A stretch of DNA of 64,000 nt from Sphagnum compactum (taxonomy: Eukaryota). Both the position numbers and the translations under genes were made by a program. The notes under the pieces are model-generated. The model saw only the letters and a program-made list of their open reading frames with translations, ran no database searches and was not told the origin of the DNA. Each line of letters starts with the position of its first letter. The first letter of the stretch is position 1. The stretch covers positions 12,586,001 to 12,650,000 of the forward strand of contig OZ234494.1 in NCBI GenBank assembly GCA_965153455.1, in the 5' to 3' direction. Positions 11,801 through 26,955 of the stretch are shown here, in pieces.

Positions 11801-13462
11801 ATTCTCCTTCACAAAGCTTATGTAAAAATAAAGTTGAAAATTGAACAAAATTTCATCTTAGAAAAAAAGAAGGAATGAAGATTACAAGAAACACTCGAAG
11901 GTCAAAGGACCTACAAAAGGAATATACATTGACTCAAAACAGTATCCTTACTGTCAAGGACAAAAAGTAGGATATCAAATGAAGAAAGAATTTAGCATTA
12001 GGACAAGGGCCAAATAATCGCTTCAAAAGTCCTTTGTAGTTTAGGACATCCTTCTAAGCAAGGATAACAAGTTGGAAATCAAATGGAAAACGATTCTTAA
12101 CAAAATATTGAAGGATTCAAAAAATCTACAAGAGGAATATTTCCTAGATTTTAAAAACTACAATTTTTGAATTTGGTTAAACATTTAGCACATACTTAAA
12201 TTTAAGGAATCACATTTTCTAAGTCAAACTAGAAACATACTTAGACTTATGGAACTACAATTCCTAACTTTGATTGAAACTTAGGACATACTTAAACTTA
12301 AAGAACTATAATTCCTAAATTTGACCTATACTTCATACTTACAAACTTAAAGAATTTTAGTTTTTGAATTTAACCTAGACTTAGGACATACTTACAAGCC
12401 AAGGATGATGTTCCTAACATCTTATGTAAAAGGGATGTTTTGACAAAATGGTACAAGATAAAAAGAATTTACTCAAAGAAACATAAAGGACTCAAAACCA
12501 AGTTGATGCATGAACTAAACATGTCACATGACTTTAAAAATTTGCGTTCAAAATCACACAATTTTATGCACAACAAAAGGAATCAAAATACCTATGGTTC
12601 CAAAAGATAATGGGTTACATGCTTAATTTATACATCTTTAAAGTGGTTGCGGTGTATGATGACATATTTCCTATTTGGACTCACACGGGTGTTCATTGTC
12701 CACTAACCAAGAACCATGCTTTGAGTTTCTTCATTCAACAAATCTTTTTGATGAACCTTGGAGCCTATTGCCCATTCTACAATAGACCCTTTGTTTATCC
12801 CCTTTGCTTGAAAGGATTTGGGACTAACACCCATCAAATCACCTATAGAATTGAAGCTTTGGGTTACATCTAACATTACCATGCTTATAAATCACATTTC
12901 TAGTGTGTAGATCATCAATGGGAAAGGCACCCTTTACTTGTTGTCATCCTTCTTTCATACTTTCAACTATGTGGTAAGTAGTTTCATACACTTTGGAATG
13001 TATACACTAGAAGAAAAAGGTCAAAACATAACCACTTGATTTGCAATTACATGTGACTAATTGTTACATACAACTACTTACCTTGGTAAGTTTTGTAATT
13101 GTTTCTTAAGTTTTATATTTTTTGGTCACCTTTGTGACTACTTTATAACTAATGGCTTAATCATCCACCAAATGATGATTTCTAACATTATTTTCATCCT
13201 AAAAGGCCCATGTATGGCCTATTAATCACAAAATAACTAATTAGTTTCCCTTATGTGCATAATATGATATATCATATCTACATTAGTGAAATATCTAGGT
13301 TATAATACATGAAGGTGTTCCTAAGTTCACTAAAGATGTACAAGTGTATGATGGGCATATGTATAATGGGTGTATTAAAGTATTATGTAGCTTGTATCTA
13401 GAGCATGTTAAAATATATATATCAATCATACATAAAAGGTATATATGTATATTTTAAGTATA

Positions 13463-14246
13463 GGGTGAAATCACATTACGGTGACTCCCTTTGGGGCACT
13501 TTTGGGTCTAATATTATAATACATATAGTATAATTATTCCAAAAGCATGATACATTTAATTTTGGGTATCAATTTTGGTTTTTGGGCTCTACAACAATTA
13601 TTTTTACAAAACTAAAAATAATAATTAATTTCATTATCTATATTGAAGGATCCATGAATATATTTATAATATACATTGGTATATAGGGCCATAATTTTGT
13701 TTTGACTACACTAACTTTAAGGTTTCATTAGTCATAAAAATAATCAATTTTAATGAAATTAAAAAATGACCCATCTAGCTATGCTTGTCATTTTTTATGT
13801 GGATGTGATTTCTTTTCAAATTTTCAATTTACCACACACTTATTGCATCTTTGTTGAAAAAACTCATTTTTTGAGATGAAAAACTTCAAATTAATCACAT
13901 GGTATCTACACATGGTTTGTATTATGTGAAATGACATGGTTCAATATACCTTCAACTTTCACAAAGACTAAAAATCATTTAAATTTTTTTTGAAATATAT
14001 TTTTGTTTTTGAGTACATAGGTACATTATATTTGTTTCCACAAATATATTCCAATCTCCCACTTTATAAAATGAAATAAAATAGTTTTTTTTCTAACCTC
14101 TTGCTTAGGTTATATTGTAACATAATATGCAAAAATACTATGAAAAATCTTTCAAAAATTTGAAGTGGCATACACTCAAACATGCACATCTCTAAAAAAC
14201 AGTACAATGTGACACCAAAGGGGGTCACCATAATGTGCTTTCACCT
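13463..14246. mobile_element. MITE (784 bp) with ~37-bp TIRs and TATA flanks
   Basis: Left GGGTGAAATCACATTACGGTGACTCCCTTTGGGGCAC; right (reverse complement) AGGTGAAAGCACATTATGGTGACCCCCTTTGGTGTCAC; TATA on both sides (13459-62 and 14247-50). Confidence 0.85.
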
Positions 14247-14659
14247 TATATTCAAGTTGTATCCAAGGTTTATTATACCTATTGAAATTATTATTATTGT
14301 GTTATTATTAATATTATTTAAATGTTGATTATCATGATTAATAATACCTATATTAAGTGAGATAATAAAATATTAAAAATATTAAAAATAATTTTTAATA
14401 TTATTATTACTAGAACATACTAATTATTTTAATAATTAGTATAAGATTTATAATTCTGGTTTAGTTTAATGTAAAATTGTCTTTAGATGATGTTATAGTT
14501 GAGCATGTAACCTTTCACAATCCAAGCTCAATTCAATTTTTTTCATTTTATCTTATTTAATTGATTTGATTGATGTGTTTGTTAAATAATTGCATGTCAT
14601 TTTTGTTTGAATATGAATATAGGTGATAAGGGAGTTGTCTTATTAATTGGTTGTAAAAT

Positions 14660-14950
14660 CTTATGAACATCTATTTATGTGGTGGAAAGCAATGAGGCTT
14701 AGTTTCCTATTATTGAATACTTAATTTGTCAAACTTTGAATATTGTAAGCAACCAAATTGAAGTGACGTGGATATCCTCCACTGTTGGGATCTTAACAAG
14801 GCTTTTTAGATGGTGACCCTGAGCTCAAAATTCAAATAAACTTGTGTTGATTTCGAAATATTGGCCAAATGATCTTCACATTGGTTATAAAAAATTTGTA
14901 ATGAATCCCTTTACGACTTTGGGGATTTTGACCTATCAATTGTTGGTATA
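14660..14950 (+). mobile_element. hAT transposase C-terminal dimerisation-domain remnant
   Basis: Frameshifted translation LFMWWK...*FPIIEYLICQTLNIVSNQIEV.WI..TVGILT...NKLVLISKYWPND, homologous to 36931-37179. Confidence 0.6.
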
Positions 14951-17900
14951 AATGAAAGAGTAATTTGAAGATTAACTTGATTTTTATTTTGATGATGTGA
15001 AAAAGTTGATTTCTAGACATGTGCATTGTGTGTGGCAATTCAAAAAAGGGGTAAAGCATTTTATTTTATTTTGTCGGTGACTTGTTTTCTTGGATTCTAT
15101 GGTGCCATATGGTAAAGTTTTCAAGTGTAGGTGATGATAAAAATTTGTTTCATTTTGTTACAAGTGGTTTTCATATTTGTTCATGTGTCAAAGGATTGTT
15201 CCACCCATACAACATACACATGTGTATGCTAATTAGGAGATGATGATGTTATGAGGGAAACGATGAAAAGTATTGTTCAAGTTTGTTTGGGGTTTTGAGG
15301 AATTTGGTGTTTTCATTCAGGGTAGTCTACTTGGAGTTTGGTGTTTCCTATAGTGCTTAGTTTTCAAATTATGGTTCATTGGGCATTTACTTTGTGTTTT
15401 TATATGGGTCATTCTAGAGCTTGAGGGTGGCTATTATTCAAAATTGTGGCTCCTCAAGGGCATTCACTTTATGTTTATTTTTGGGTTATGAGTGTTGGGT
15501 CAACACACATCAACATGATGATCAATCCTAGACACAAAGTGAAATCTAATTCACAAACGCTTATAAGATTTCATGTGTGTATGCTTGGCATTGGAAATTT
15601 GATCCACAAAAAATATGCAAGATTTCATTGAACAATTCAAAATGAACATTGAAAGTTTGATCTATAGAAGAGATGTTAGGATTCCATTGAGCAATTCAAG
15701 GGTACTTGGATATTATGTTTAGTGATTCATGCATTGTGCATTTGCATTTTGATATCTACAAGTAAACTATTTTTTCATCTTAGCAATTTCCAGTTGGAAA
15801 ATAAAGGATACAATGAATTATGGGGTAAAATCCCATTGGATTTGCAAGTTATTTGATTAAGTACAAAATGCACACATTTTTTTTTAATTTAACTGGATTT
15901 ATATACATTTTAAAAACTTAAATTAGGGTATATGATTGGGAGACCCAGACCTTACCCTGATCCTTAAACTTTAATTTTTTTGATACCTAGATCCTACCTT
16001 AAGAATAATATAAACCTATTGTGTGGTTGTATAAAAAACATTACACTTGCATATTTTTAGTATCGACATTATTTTTGTTAGTTTTGTAGTGTGAATTTTA
16101 TATTTCTTCCTTCAATCATGGACATTAGTTTAATTAACTTCTTGTTTTTATCATTGTGGAGAATCTTTTGTTTTCATTCAACAATATCCACAAACCTTAT
16201 CAGAATAATATATTTTGAATTGTAAAGAATTTTTTTAAAAAATTTCTTTCATTTCCACCTCCTCCTTGAAGGAGGGTTTTTAGGATAGGTTACAAGGGTG
16301 GAACCTTGGTAACTCAATTGTGGTGTGACACCAAATTAGGGTGATGAATCCCTAATGGATGGAAACATCATCAGATCAACTACTAAAAACTAGAAAGCAA
16401 CAAACTTTCGATATATAGTTGATGGTGATGGGAGGAGAGGTCTTGTGGACGGTGAGGTTTGCATGTTGTTTAATTGTTTTCTTGCGAGTTAAAAGCAACA
16501 ATGTTGTCATTGTAATTTTTGGATTTACCAACGCTGAACACTAATTTGCATTTTTCTTGTTCTTTATGTTGAAGGTGTGTTATGTTGTATTTGGATGATG
16601 TGTATTATGGAGCTTCAAAGGGGTGTTATATAAGTGGGGCATTCTAGATGTAATGCGGCATAACATGAAGCTAAGTTTCTTTTTCATCTTAGTTAATCAT
16701 AGGTTAAAGTTATGGAATATTAGAGAAATGGTGTTGGACGAATGCCTTGCTATTGCTAGGCACTTTGCCTTGGAGATATATTTTTTTATTGCACCATACA
16801 CTTCAAGGGAAAGGAGCTAAAAGCAGCAATAATGTTTAAAGATCAAACTAAGGGAAGGGAAATGATGAAGCACCTTAGGGATTTTAGAATGGTCAAAACG
16901 ATAATATAATTTGTGATGTGTTTGGATGATTTTGGAATTCTATGGGAGAAATGTTGATTTTGTGATTTTGGGAAAGAGTACTGATAATGGGAACTCTGAA
17001 AGGAAATTATGTTATGGGATTTAGTGTACTATGGGGAATTCTATTAACAATATCTCTGGGTCATTATTTTTTCTTTATTCAACTTCCTAAGTTTCAATGT
17101 GTATGGGCCATGTTTCATCTTACTTGTTTGGGAGCAAATGTCATGTGAATTGAAGACTTCAGATTATGTGTAGTATTAAAATGTGATTGAATATGTTTCC
17201 ATTTATTTATTTGGGAACCAATTTCATGAAAGTTGGGGGGGTTTTGTAATTACTTATATTGCCACAATCATGACCAATGGGTTCATTGAAAGAGAAGTTG
17301 GAGTGTGCTAATCCCTTATGGCCCGTAGTTTAAATGTGATTGTATAAGCAACAAAGAGTTTGGACATTACTTTATTAACATTTTCACTACATTAAAATGT
17401 TTTTTGTTTTTTGATGATTTAATTACAATAATAAGACTATAAATTTGAGGACAATTGTTTCTTGAATTTTTTTTGGTGATAGTGGTTCATCCATCCACAA
17501 CTGAATCAAACCTAGTTTCCAATGGATGGTGCATTGGTGGGTGTTATGTCACATAATTTGATCAAATTTCCCTTTAAACCACAAAATAACCTTTTGTTCA
17601 TGGAAGATTTCAATTCTATTATCATACCACTTTCCATTTTTGTAAAGTTAAAGATTTTGGAATGTCTTTGTTTATATAAGGAAGGGAAGGAACTTTTTGT
17701 GGGCTTGTCTAAGGTTTTGAAGCTTAGGCTACCACCCTAAGTTGGTCCCCAAAAAAAGCCTCACAAAAATTGTTAACCTTATAGTGACCTTGTGTTAAAA
17801 AAAACAAGGACAAATGTCTCCAAATGCATAGAATGATTATCATAATCAGATTTTTTAGAATTGCAGAAATACTGAAAAACTAAAATCATGAAAGTATCAA

Positions 17901-19469
17901 TCTTATAATGTCCAAATACTTGTTACATGTCCAATAAAATTTAAACTATGGGTCATTAGGGATCAACACACTCCAATTTCACTCTCATTGAACCCACTAA
18001 TCATCTTTGTGGCAATTTTAGTTGTGACAAAACTTATCCCCAATTCATATGAACTTGTTTCCCATAAAGACAAGATGGAACACATCCCATATACAATACC
18101 TCAAGAGGTTGGAGATAATGTGGAGCTCAACACATATAGATACACCACACAACCTGAAATTCCCAATTCATATGACATCTGCTCCCACAAAGGTACTCTA
18201 TCCTTGGGGAACAAAACCAACCTTTCTTCCGTAGAATTCTAGAATCACCCAAATAGATCACAAAATCACTTACCATTCTAATTCCTTCCAAAACCCTAGG
18301 GTTTTTCATCATTTCCCTGATCAAGACCCCTAAAATCTGCTTCTAAACTTACATTCTTTCTTTTGAAGCTCATGGCATAGCGGAAATGCATTACTTCAAA
18401 AAGAAGGATGGTTCATGGCAAAAGGGCATTCTTCCCCAACCAACATAATGCTGAAATTCTAGACTGTAACTCCTATAAGCATGCATTGCCAAACAAACTA
18501 ACAACAACAAAATTAAGGAACTTAGTTCTAGATCTCTTTCAATTGCTGATGGAACTCCTTCATATAGTGTTTACCTCTTGCACTCTTTGATTCACATCCT
18601 CCAAGTCATTGTGCAAAAACTATTCACTCACATCAGCAATGGAGAATAACCAAATAACTCCAAACATCAAGTGCCATCAAAACAGCAAAACCACCGTAAG
18701 CAAGCCAACCCACATAAGAACACAAATGCAAAGAAAAATCGTTCACAAACCCCTTTCCTCCCATCACCATCAATTGTTGAAAGTTTGTCACTTGCCGATT
18801 TCTGACAATCGATGTGATGATATTTTCATCCATTAAAGTTAATTTTAGGTCACAACCGATTTTAATGTCTACCCACACACTTTTACAAGTATTTTCTTAA
18901 GCGAGACAGGCAGCCATTCACTGGCTCTACTTTTGGTGTTCTCCATGTTAGTAGGTGCAAACCTTCCTGGCGCTCTTAAATGTTTGACGAATAACTTAAT
19001 AAAGATGCTTGAGATGTGAACAAGCCTTCAAGAACTGGTTAGGCTTTGGAACAGGCCCTGGAATAACCCGTTACCAATGAACCCAGTACCTGGGTGGTGG
19101 TAGGGCCAGTTCCAGAGTTCATAAAGGTCCAAAGAGCACGAGCAAGGTATGCACTAACTTATCTTTGCAGAGTGTTACGATTGGTTCTTCAAACAACTGC
19201 ATAAGTGAGGAATCGCCCAAAGTTAGAAGAAGACTTTTATTGTTCTTATTGAATTCTCATACTGTAAACTCCGTTAAATTTGCAATTTCTAACTTTAGCC
19301 TTTCCACCCATGCTCCTTGAACATGCCGATTTGGCAGCTTGAATGTTCAGCCCAGACTGCAGACTGTGTGTCTGGGGGATCTCCATCTCTGCACTCCATC
19401 TAATTAATTGCAAACTGCACCTTTTTGTTGCCTCTTTTGGCTATGAGCATCTACAGCAGAGTGATGAGT

Positions 19470-19630
19470 ATGTGACCCTGCAAAAATGTTTCGTACATCC
19501 AAGCTTAGTTATTCACTTTTTTCCGACCCCTGGCCATAACCACAAAAAGTGGGACTGCAAATAGGTAGGAGATTACTAATAGCAAACCACCTGGACGAAT
19601 CATTATGATTGGCCACTCAGAAACAGGAGC
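19470..19630 (+). repeat. Dispersed repeat copy (second copy at 34589-34755)
   Basis: Both copies share ATGTGACCCTGC...ACATCCAAG.TTAGTTAT...GCAAATA.GT.GG.GA.TACT.ATAG.AAACCACCTGGAC.AATCATTATGAT. Confidence 0.8.
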
Positions 19631-22094
19631 AAGGAAAACGTTCTCTGGCAGGAAACCCAACACAAGGCAAAACTCACAGCAAAAAGTATGCTGTGAGTTT
19701 TACTAGCCTCAGCAACCCAGCCCCCATGACTGCACCAGTTCTGTTTGGGATGAAATAGTTCTCATCCCAGTAACCAAACCTGGTGCAGTCAAAGAGGTTG
19801 AGTCAAAGTTTTCTTTTGCCCGCCCTTTAACCTTTAAATTTTTTTTTTATACGTCCATACCTACCCCGTTCACCCACCTACCCTTTTGCACATCCTTGTC
19901 GCCATTTCCTTTTACAATTAATTTTTCAACTACCTAGGTCTCATGATGCAGCACTTGGCCTCTAGAAAACCTTGATATAACCAATAGTTACTTGACATTG
20001 GTTCCACATTTGAGCTATACTGGGTAAAAACATAGTCAAAGGATCCACCAAAGTGAGTGGACACTTCTTAAAATTGTATTTTTGTATGTTTGAAAGATCA
20101 CAAGTGAAGCATAATAGTTTAGATTGGCATTACTTTTTTGGAATACTTTTCATTAATTGCAATGTTTACATGTTCAATACTTGACATAAATAAATAAAAA
20201 TTGCATGTTGAAAGCATTCAAACCTTAAGAGTGGATAGTCCTTGGTTTTTTTAAACGTCCTTTCTTTTTACCAAATGTGCACCATTCCTTCTAAAAATTG
20301 AAAAGGATTTTAACATTGATGATTAGAAGGGCAAAAGAATTTGAACTAATGATTTTCTTTTATAACCCATTTGAGCATTTGGCTCAAAAGTGCTTTCAAC
20401 CTTGAAAATTATTAATTTTAAAAATGTGCCTTTAACAAAAGTTGTTCATGTTTATGTAATAGAGGGCATGAATTCATAATATACATGATATAAAATTAAC
20501 TTGTAATCAAAATTATTTATATTTAAAATGCAACGTTAAAAGGGGTACCCGAAATGCAAATTTAAAGTTATAAACCAACACAAAAATGACATTTGTCATG
20601 TCCTTGAAAAAGGACTTTTACTTTGGTGCCCTTGGTTCTTTTGATCGTGTTTTCACCATATTACTAATTCATGGCAAGTTCAATATTACTATTGTAAATA
20701 TAAGATCAGCTACTATCCTCCACCATTTATAACATTAAAAAATATTACACAAGCAAAAAACCTTAATGAATAATAAAAATCATAAAAACTAGTACACACA
20801 AGGAAAAAAAATTGTCAATTATAAATTACCATCATTTTGTTTCATTTCCTTTCACTCATGTATACACACATTTGCTTGCACTCTTTCATATTTTCTTTCA
20901 CTCATACACACAATCTCTTTTATGTGTTGGCATTTTCATAATTTTTTTCATTTTCAAACAAAAAAATATTAAATCATCATACATCATAAGTTTTTTTAGC
21001 ATTGTCCAACATTCACAACCATTAGTATAACTCAAAATCATTTTGTGAAAAATAATTATTGATAGGTTTTTTTTTTAAAAATTTCTTGAAAACATTATTG
21101 CATTCTTCACATGTTCCTTTTGGGGTGCAAATATTTTTTTGTGAAATCCTTTTTTAATAAATGTTGAAATAATATTTCACCGTATACTTTATCAAATCAA
21201 AATATCATCTACATATTTCATTATAACGTTCTAATCTTGAATAGAATATGTATTCAATTTGAATGCCATATCCAAACATCAAGTAAAAGTTATTTCATCA
21301 TAAAAATATACCTTGAATATGCATGTAATTTTTTTGAAATTTTGTTTGAATAATATTCCGTTATTTATTACCTTGATAAAATATTTCGATTTTAAATCCA
21401 AATGATTTTTTAATTTTGTTTTGAAGTAAACACATCCATAGCATAATTCATAATAACAAAATTAACAACCATAAACTATATCAATATTCATCTTTTAATT
21501 TAAAAATGACTATTTTTTTCTCTTTTCCTAGTCTCTTGGAATATTTTGCTATATATTTTATTACTTATGATATATGTTTATTGTCATAGACTTTTAAAAT
21601 CATATTTTGCTAAAAGAAATCAAACCATAAAATAGCAAAATTAGGCAAATATGACATAACATTCACCTTCAAAGCCATAATATGTTTATAACATATCTAA
21701 AGATAACATACAACTTCATAAATTCAAATATACTAATATGACCTTTGCCACTAGCCCAAACATGAAAATAGTCTAAAATCCATTGAGAAATTGAGTTTAG
21801 GTGTGCTACTTGGAAGGATTCTGTATTAGTGTTTTTTTTTTTTTTCTTCTTCTTTTCTTCTTTTCCAATTTTGCGATCTCAAGATTTTGGTGGATTTTTT
21901 CATTTTTTGAGTTTCTTTTTCAAATTTAGAATTTTTTCCCCCAAAATTTTCCAATTTTTTTTGTAACCAAAATTTGAAAATTTGCCAAAATAAATTCACA
22001 TGTGCTAAGCCTCTAATGGGCCTATGTTGGAGGATTGTTTCTGATTCATTGTAATTGGGACTAGCCCATTGAACATTATGTGGTCTAGCAAATA

Positions 22095-22285
22095 CTGTGG
22101 TACCTTTGGTAGCTTTGACATTAATTAATCATTATATATATTTTTAAACGACGATATTTTTTAGAATTATTTTTCAAATACCTAAATTTTTTGAAGGAAA
22201 ATAATGAATCTTTTAAAATATTTTAAAAATAAATTATTCAAAATTAATAAGTTATTCCACAAACTTGTATCAAAGGTACCAAGTT
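22095..22285. mobile_element. Small MITE-like element
   Basis: Inverted termini TGGTACCTTTG(G/A)TA...TTTG around an AT-rich core; TSD unclear. Confidence 0.45.
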
Positions 22286-22787
22286 ACTATGGTCGATAGT
22301 TTATAAAGTTATTTAACAATGTGATAAAATCTTTCCCTTAGTACCAAATTACATCATATAGTTAATGGCCAAATTGGTTCATGGCATTGGCCACCTAGTA
22401 ATATTCAATATTTCAACTAATGCAACCTTTGGTACAAAAAGGAGGCTCAAGTTTCAATGGTCCTTGATATCTCATGTGGTCTCAAGTGTCAATACAAAAT
22501 TGTGGAGCTTAGAAGTTTTTCAATGACATGGTTTTTTTGGTATGGGAGAAGGTCTCGTATGTGGGCGTTTTGGATTTTTGGCCAACAAAATTTTCTTGAT
22601 TTACTTCAAACCTACCTTATAATTACTTCATTTTTATTGGAACTTTCGAAATGCGAAAGGCCTAATGCAACTTGTACTAGGCTTTTTGAATTTTAGATTA
22701 AGTTCTAATTTTTTGGTTTGTCATTAAAAATAAGAAAAAAATGTTGGATCTTTATGTGTAATTAAAGACTAAAAGCATAAAGCATAA

Positions 22788-23130
22788 GCATTCCCAAAAT
22801 AAAAGGCTTAAGATGAAGCAATAGTTAAACCTAGAGTTTAGATGTCCCAACCTTTGTGTGGCCCACTACCCACCTTTGGGATTTATTGGTCTTAAAACAT
22901 GCACTGAATGTCTTTTCAATCTTAAACATATGTAGATCACAGGACATGTAAGTAAGCAATGGTTGTTAATAATTACATCTACAAGTTGTGAAAGTGGGGG
23001 GAAATCTTATACATATATGAAGGCAATTTCCTTCCCATTCATAATGAGTAGGCACAAGATCCCTCCTAAAGATATTCATGGACATAACAATATCCATGAA
23101 TTGTGGAGGAAGAATTGATCCTAATGTTTT
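22788..23130 (+). repeat. Dispersed repeat family (other copies ~49518-49930, ~52330-52520, ~52538-52780)
   Basis: Shared CATTCCCAAAA(T/G)AAG.GG start and, in the longer copies, GAGTAGGCA(C/T)AAGATCCCTCC. Confidence 0.65.
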
Positions 23131-25469
23131 TGAAAATTTCAGGTAAATTTTAATTTAATTTTCAATGTTAGAAAATGATTCAATATTCAAAATCTTTTAC
23201 ATTGCAAGTCCAAATGTTATGAAATGAGGTTGGTATAGTTTTACTCATCAAAAGTTCTCCAAATATATCAAGAATGTGATCGAAAGCCAAACTATACCTT
23301 CCTTCATATAAAGATCATGAAATCTTCATTTATTAAACACATATTAAATATACAATATTTAACTTATTTGTAGGAGTATAACATTGGGAAACCATTTACA
23401 ATCAATACAAAATATATGATTATCACATCATCACCATAAAAGACACTAAATGGGGTGTTTTTCCAAAGGGATCAAATTATCATAGCATATTGTTTAACCC
23501 CAAAACAAAAGAAAAACTTTTTGCAACAACATCAAAAGTAGCTAAACTAACATTGAAAAAATAGAAAAACACAATGGAAAGTGATGATGTAGAAGAATTT
23601 CATAAAGTTGAAATATTTGACAAGGACAATAGATTAATTGATGGGGACACAAGTAAACTCAAGAGATTTAATGTCCATCAAATGTTACATAGGATATTGG
23701 AGGCATTTAATTGCTTCCAAGAGACATGTTTAAACATTAGAATTAGCTATAGTTAAATTATTAGACCAATCAAATATGATCAAAGACAATTATAATGTTC
23801 ATAGACTTGTCATATGAATCCATTTGAATCAATAAAAGTATTTCCAATCTCTTTTATCATCATATTTTTCAAATTGATTTCCTTTCATACAATAATCATG
23901 TAATTTTAAATTTTAAATTATATTTCATTGATTTGTATTTTTATGAATTTTTTTATGATGTTCCATCTATTTTCCCCCTCTTTTTATGTGTATTTGTTAC
24001 AACCATTCTAACACCAGCAAAACTTTTATTGCCATTGAAGGTGTTGGAATTTAAGGGCAAAAAGAGGAAATCATAGTTCAATGTAGTCAAATACTATTTT
24101 GTTCCATATAATTCTTGAAATATAATTGATCTAGTGTTATTTTGTAAGCCTTCACATTTTATTTTTTACATTCGATTTTTTTAATTGAATTTTTTTTGAG
24201 TAATTAATAATTTCAAATATTTATATTATAAAATATTTTTTAATTTTAAATTTTTTTGAATTGTTGAAAAGAACATGCTAAAATTATTAAAAAATCAATT
24301 ACAAGCATTTACACATCAAAATATCATATATCAAACATCATTTATTAAAATATCAACTTCATCCATTGATAGAATTTTAGGTCTTCATTATAGGTACAAT
24401 TATAACTAACCATTTGAAATGACGAATCAAACTATTGTGAAAAAACCACAAGCAAAAGAAAAGGAAAGAACAAAATAGAAAACAAAAAATGCCCAAAGAT
24501 GGGAATGAAGACAAAACAATTTTGAAAAAAAAAGAATACATCAAAAATAAATATTTAATTAATAATAAAAGAAAAAAAAAGATATACACAAAATATTTGA
24601 AATTTTTTTAATACAATAAACAAACAAACATTTCCCAACCAGAAACCAAAACACAAAATAAAATGTTTTGTAAAAAACAATTTAGCATTTCCAAAATTGA
24701 TATTCGAAAAGAATTATCAAGTGACACCAAATGTGTACATCAAAAATCAGAAAAACCTTATTGACAAAAGCCTATATTTCACATGAACATACATGTAGAA
24801 AAAAATAAAAAATAAAAAAAAATAAAAAAAATTGACAATCAAAATTGAAAGAAAAGAACTAAATTTTTTTAGAATTCATAAAAAAAGATGTAATCGATGC
24901 TAAAAGACAAAAAAAAATTCAAACACATAAAATATATGAAGAATATTTAATACAACAATCAAATATTTTCCCACCACAAATAAAAAAGAGAGTAATATGT
25001 TTTGTTTAAATCAATTCAACATTTTCACAAGAAAATCTAATTTTGAATTTTGGTTATTGTTGTGTTTGCAATGAAAAAAAATTTATACATGAACTAATAA
25101 TATGTTATACCTCAAATCTTCAATCTTATTTGAAATATATTAAAATTTACTCAAAATGAATATTAAATATCATTTTGAAAATGATACTGAATTCATCTTA
25201 AAATAATTAACAAGTGACACCAAACATGTATAACAAGAATTGAATGGACTTTTGTTAGCAAAGGAAAGTATTTCAACAATTAGTCACTAATTTTTGTATG
25301 TAGAACTTGTTATGTTTCTTTAAAAAATAAAATACCAAAACTTGCATTATCCAATTATGGATTGACATCGCACCACCAATGTTACCAAAATTAAAAATGG
25401 TGGAAAAAACTTTAATTTCCATTGTTGTGCCATATTAGTTAAACTTGGGCTGCACACTACTATGCACTA

Positions 25470-26080
25470 CTAGTGATGATGAAATGACAAAAAAGAAATA
25501 AGGGTTTACATTTGAAAACTTTATTATTTTCAAATATATATAGGATTCAAATTGTATAAAATACCGCCCAATCATCACGCAAGGGGAGATTTAATCAGCC
25601 ACCCATGTTTTTAATTCATTGAAATTTTGGAAGTAATTAGGATGGATAAACATTAAATCAACTAGGCAAGTGGGGATTAAATCCTTGATTCATATATTTG
25701 AGGGAGAAGTTTTTATTGGAAACTAACTTAATCTCAAAGAAAAAAAAACATGTTAATCTCTTGAAATAATCTCAACATATTCAAATGAAAAACATATATT
25801 TACATTTGTATGAAATTGGAAAGACACAAAGATTTAGTTTTTTTGAAAGGACACAAAGATCCCAAAAGACATTGAAAAAATAAAGAGATTTGCTTCTCTT
25901 TCAATATTTAGGATCCATAAGGACATTTGAAACATTACAACTTGTAAAATGTTTATTTTTTAAAAATTCTGGCTTGGAATCGACTTTTAATAAATTTGTA
26001 ATTTGGAATTGTTTGTTTGTACGACCTATGACTATAGCCCATCCCACCTAAACCAACTCTGATGAAATCATCATCACTAG
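25470..26080. mobile_element. MITE-like insertion interrupting the Helitron DUF6570 region
   Basis: Perfect inverted 13-mers CTAGTGATGATGA (25470-82) and TCATCATCACTAG (26068-80). The Helitron frame ILVK|LRYTNKGGIINQHAFKG resumes after it; about 25 extra bp on the left are unexplained. Confidence 0.6.
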
Positions 26081-26955
26081 AATTAAGATATACCAACAAA
26101 GGAGGAATAATAAACCAACATGCATTTAAAGGAAATCTAGTAAGTTTTGCACAAAATTATCTTGAAAGTGCAATAAAACTTCTAAACACATCACCGTCAT
26201 GATTAAAATCATTGATTGATATTATTGTAATACATTTTATTGGAAGCTCACACCCACCTACAGAATTAGTAAAAAATAATGGACTATTATATGTACATAA
26301 ATATATTGTAACCATATGGCAAACTTGATTAAAATCTAGTCATATAGGCTACACACATATAATTATGAATACACATGTATTAAATACAATGCCTGAAAAT
26401 GAAATACTAAAGCCAATAATGATATCAATGTTCTAATAAAAAAATATTGAACTTGCAAATGCCAAACATTGTACACATCAACAAAAGAAGTACAACAAAA
26501 TTGAACGGTCATTAAAACATTAGGTTCAATAAACCTTAATGGCATAGACATAAATCAACATGAACAAATGACTAACACATTGAAATATTTACATCATAAT
26601 CAATATTTGTCATATAATCATCACACCATAATGATAAATGAATACAACAACCTAAATTTAATAGCATGCATGCTTTCCACCTTATTTCCTATCAGAATTT
26701 GTGTCCTTGAAATGAATAACAAACCCATCAAATTATCACTATAAACTCATGTAAAGCATTAATGAATTTGGATGAAACTCATTATCAATTTTTAAAACAT
26801 CATTTATTTCCATGTTTTGTATTTAACATAATACAATGTAAAAAAAATTTCTTTGGAACTAAATCAACAATATCCAAATCATCAAAAATGAATGAAAGAG
26901 AATTCCTTAATGAAATAAAAATTTAGATTTCAACCACAATATTATTAATTGACAA

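Noticed and set aside
19823-20545. Possible piggyBac-like CCC...GGG MITE
   Set aside because: The inverted match is short and gapped, and there is no TTAA duplication.
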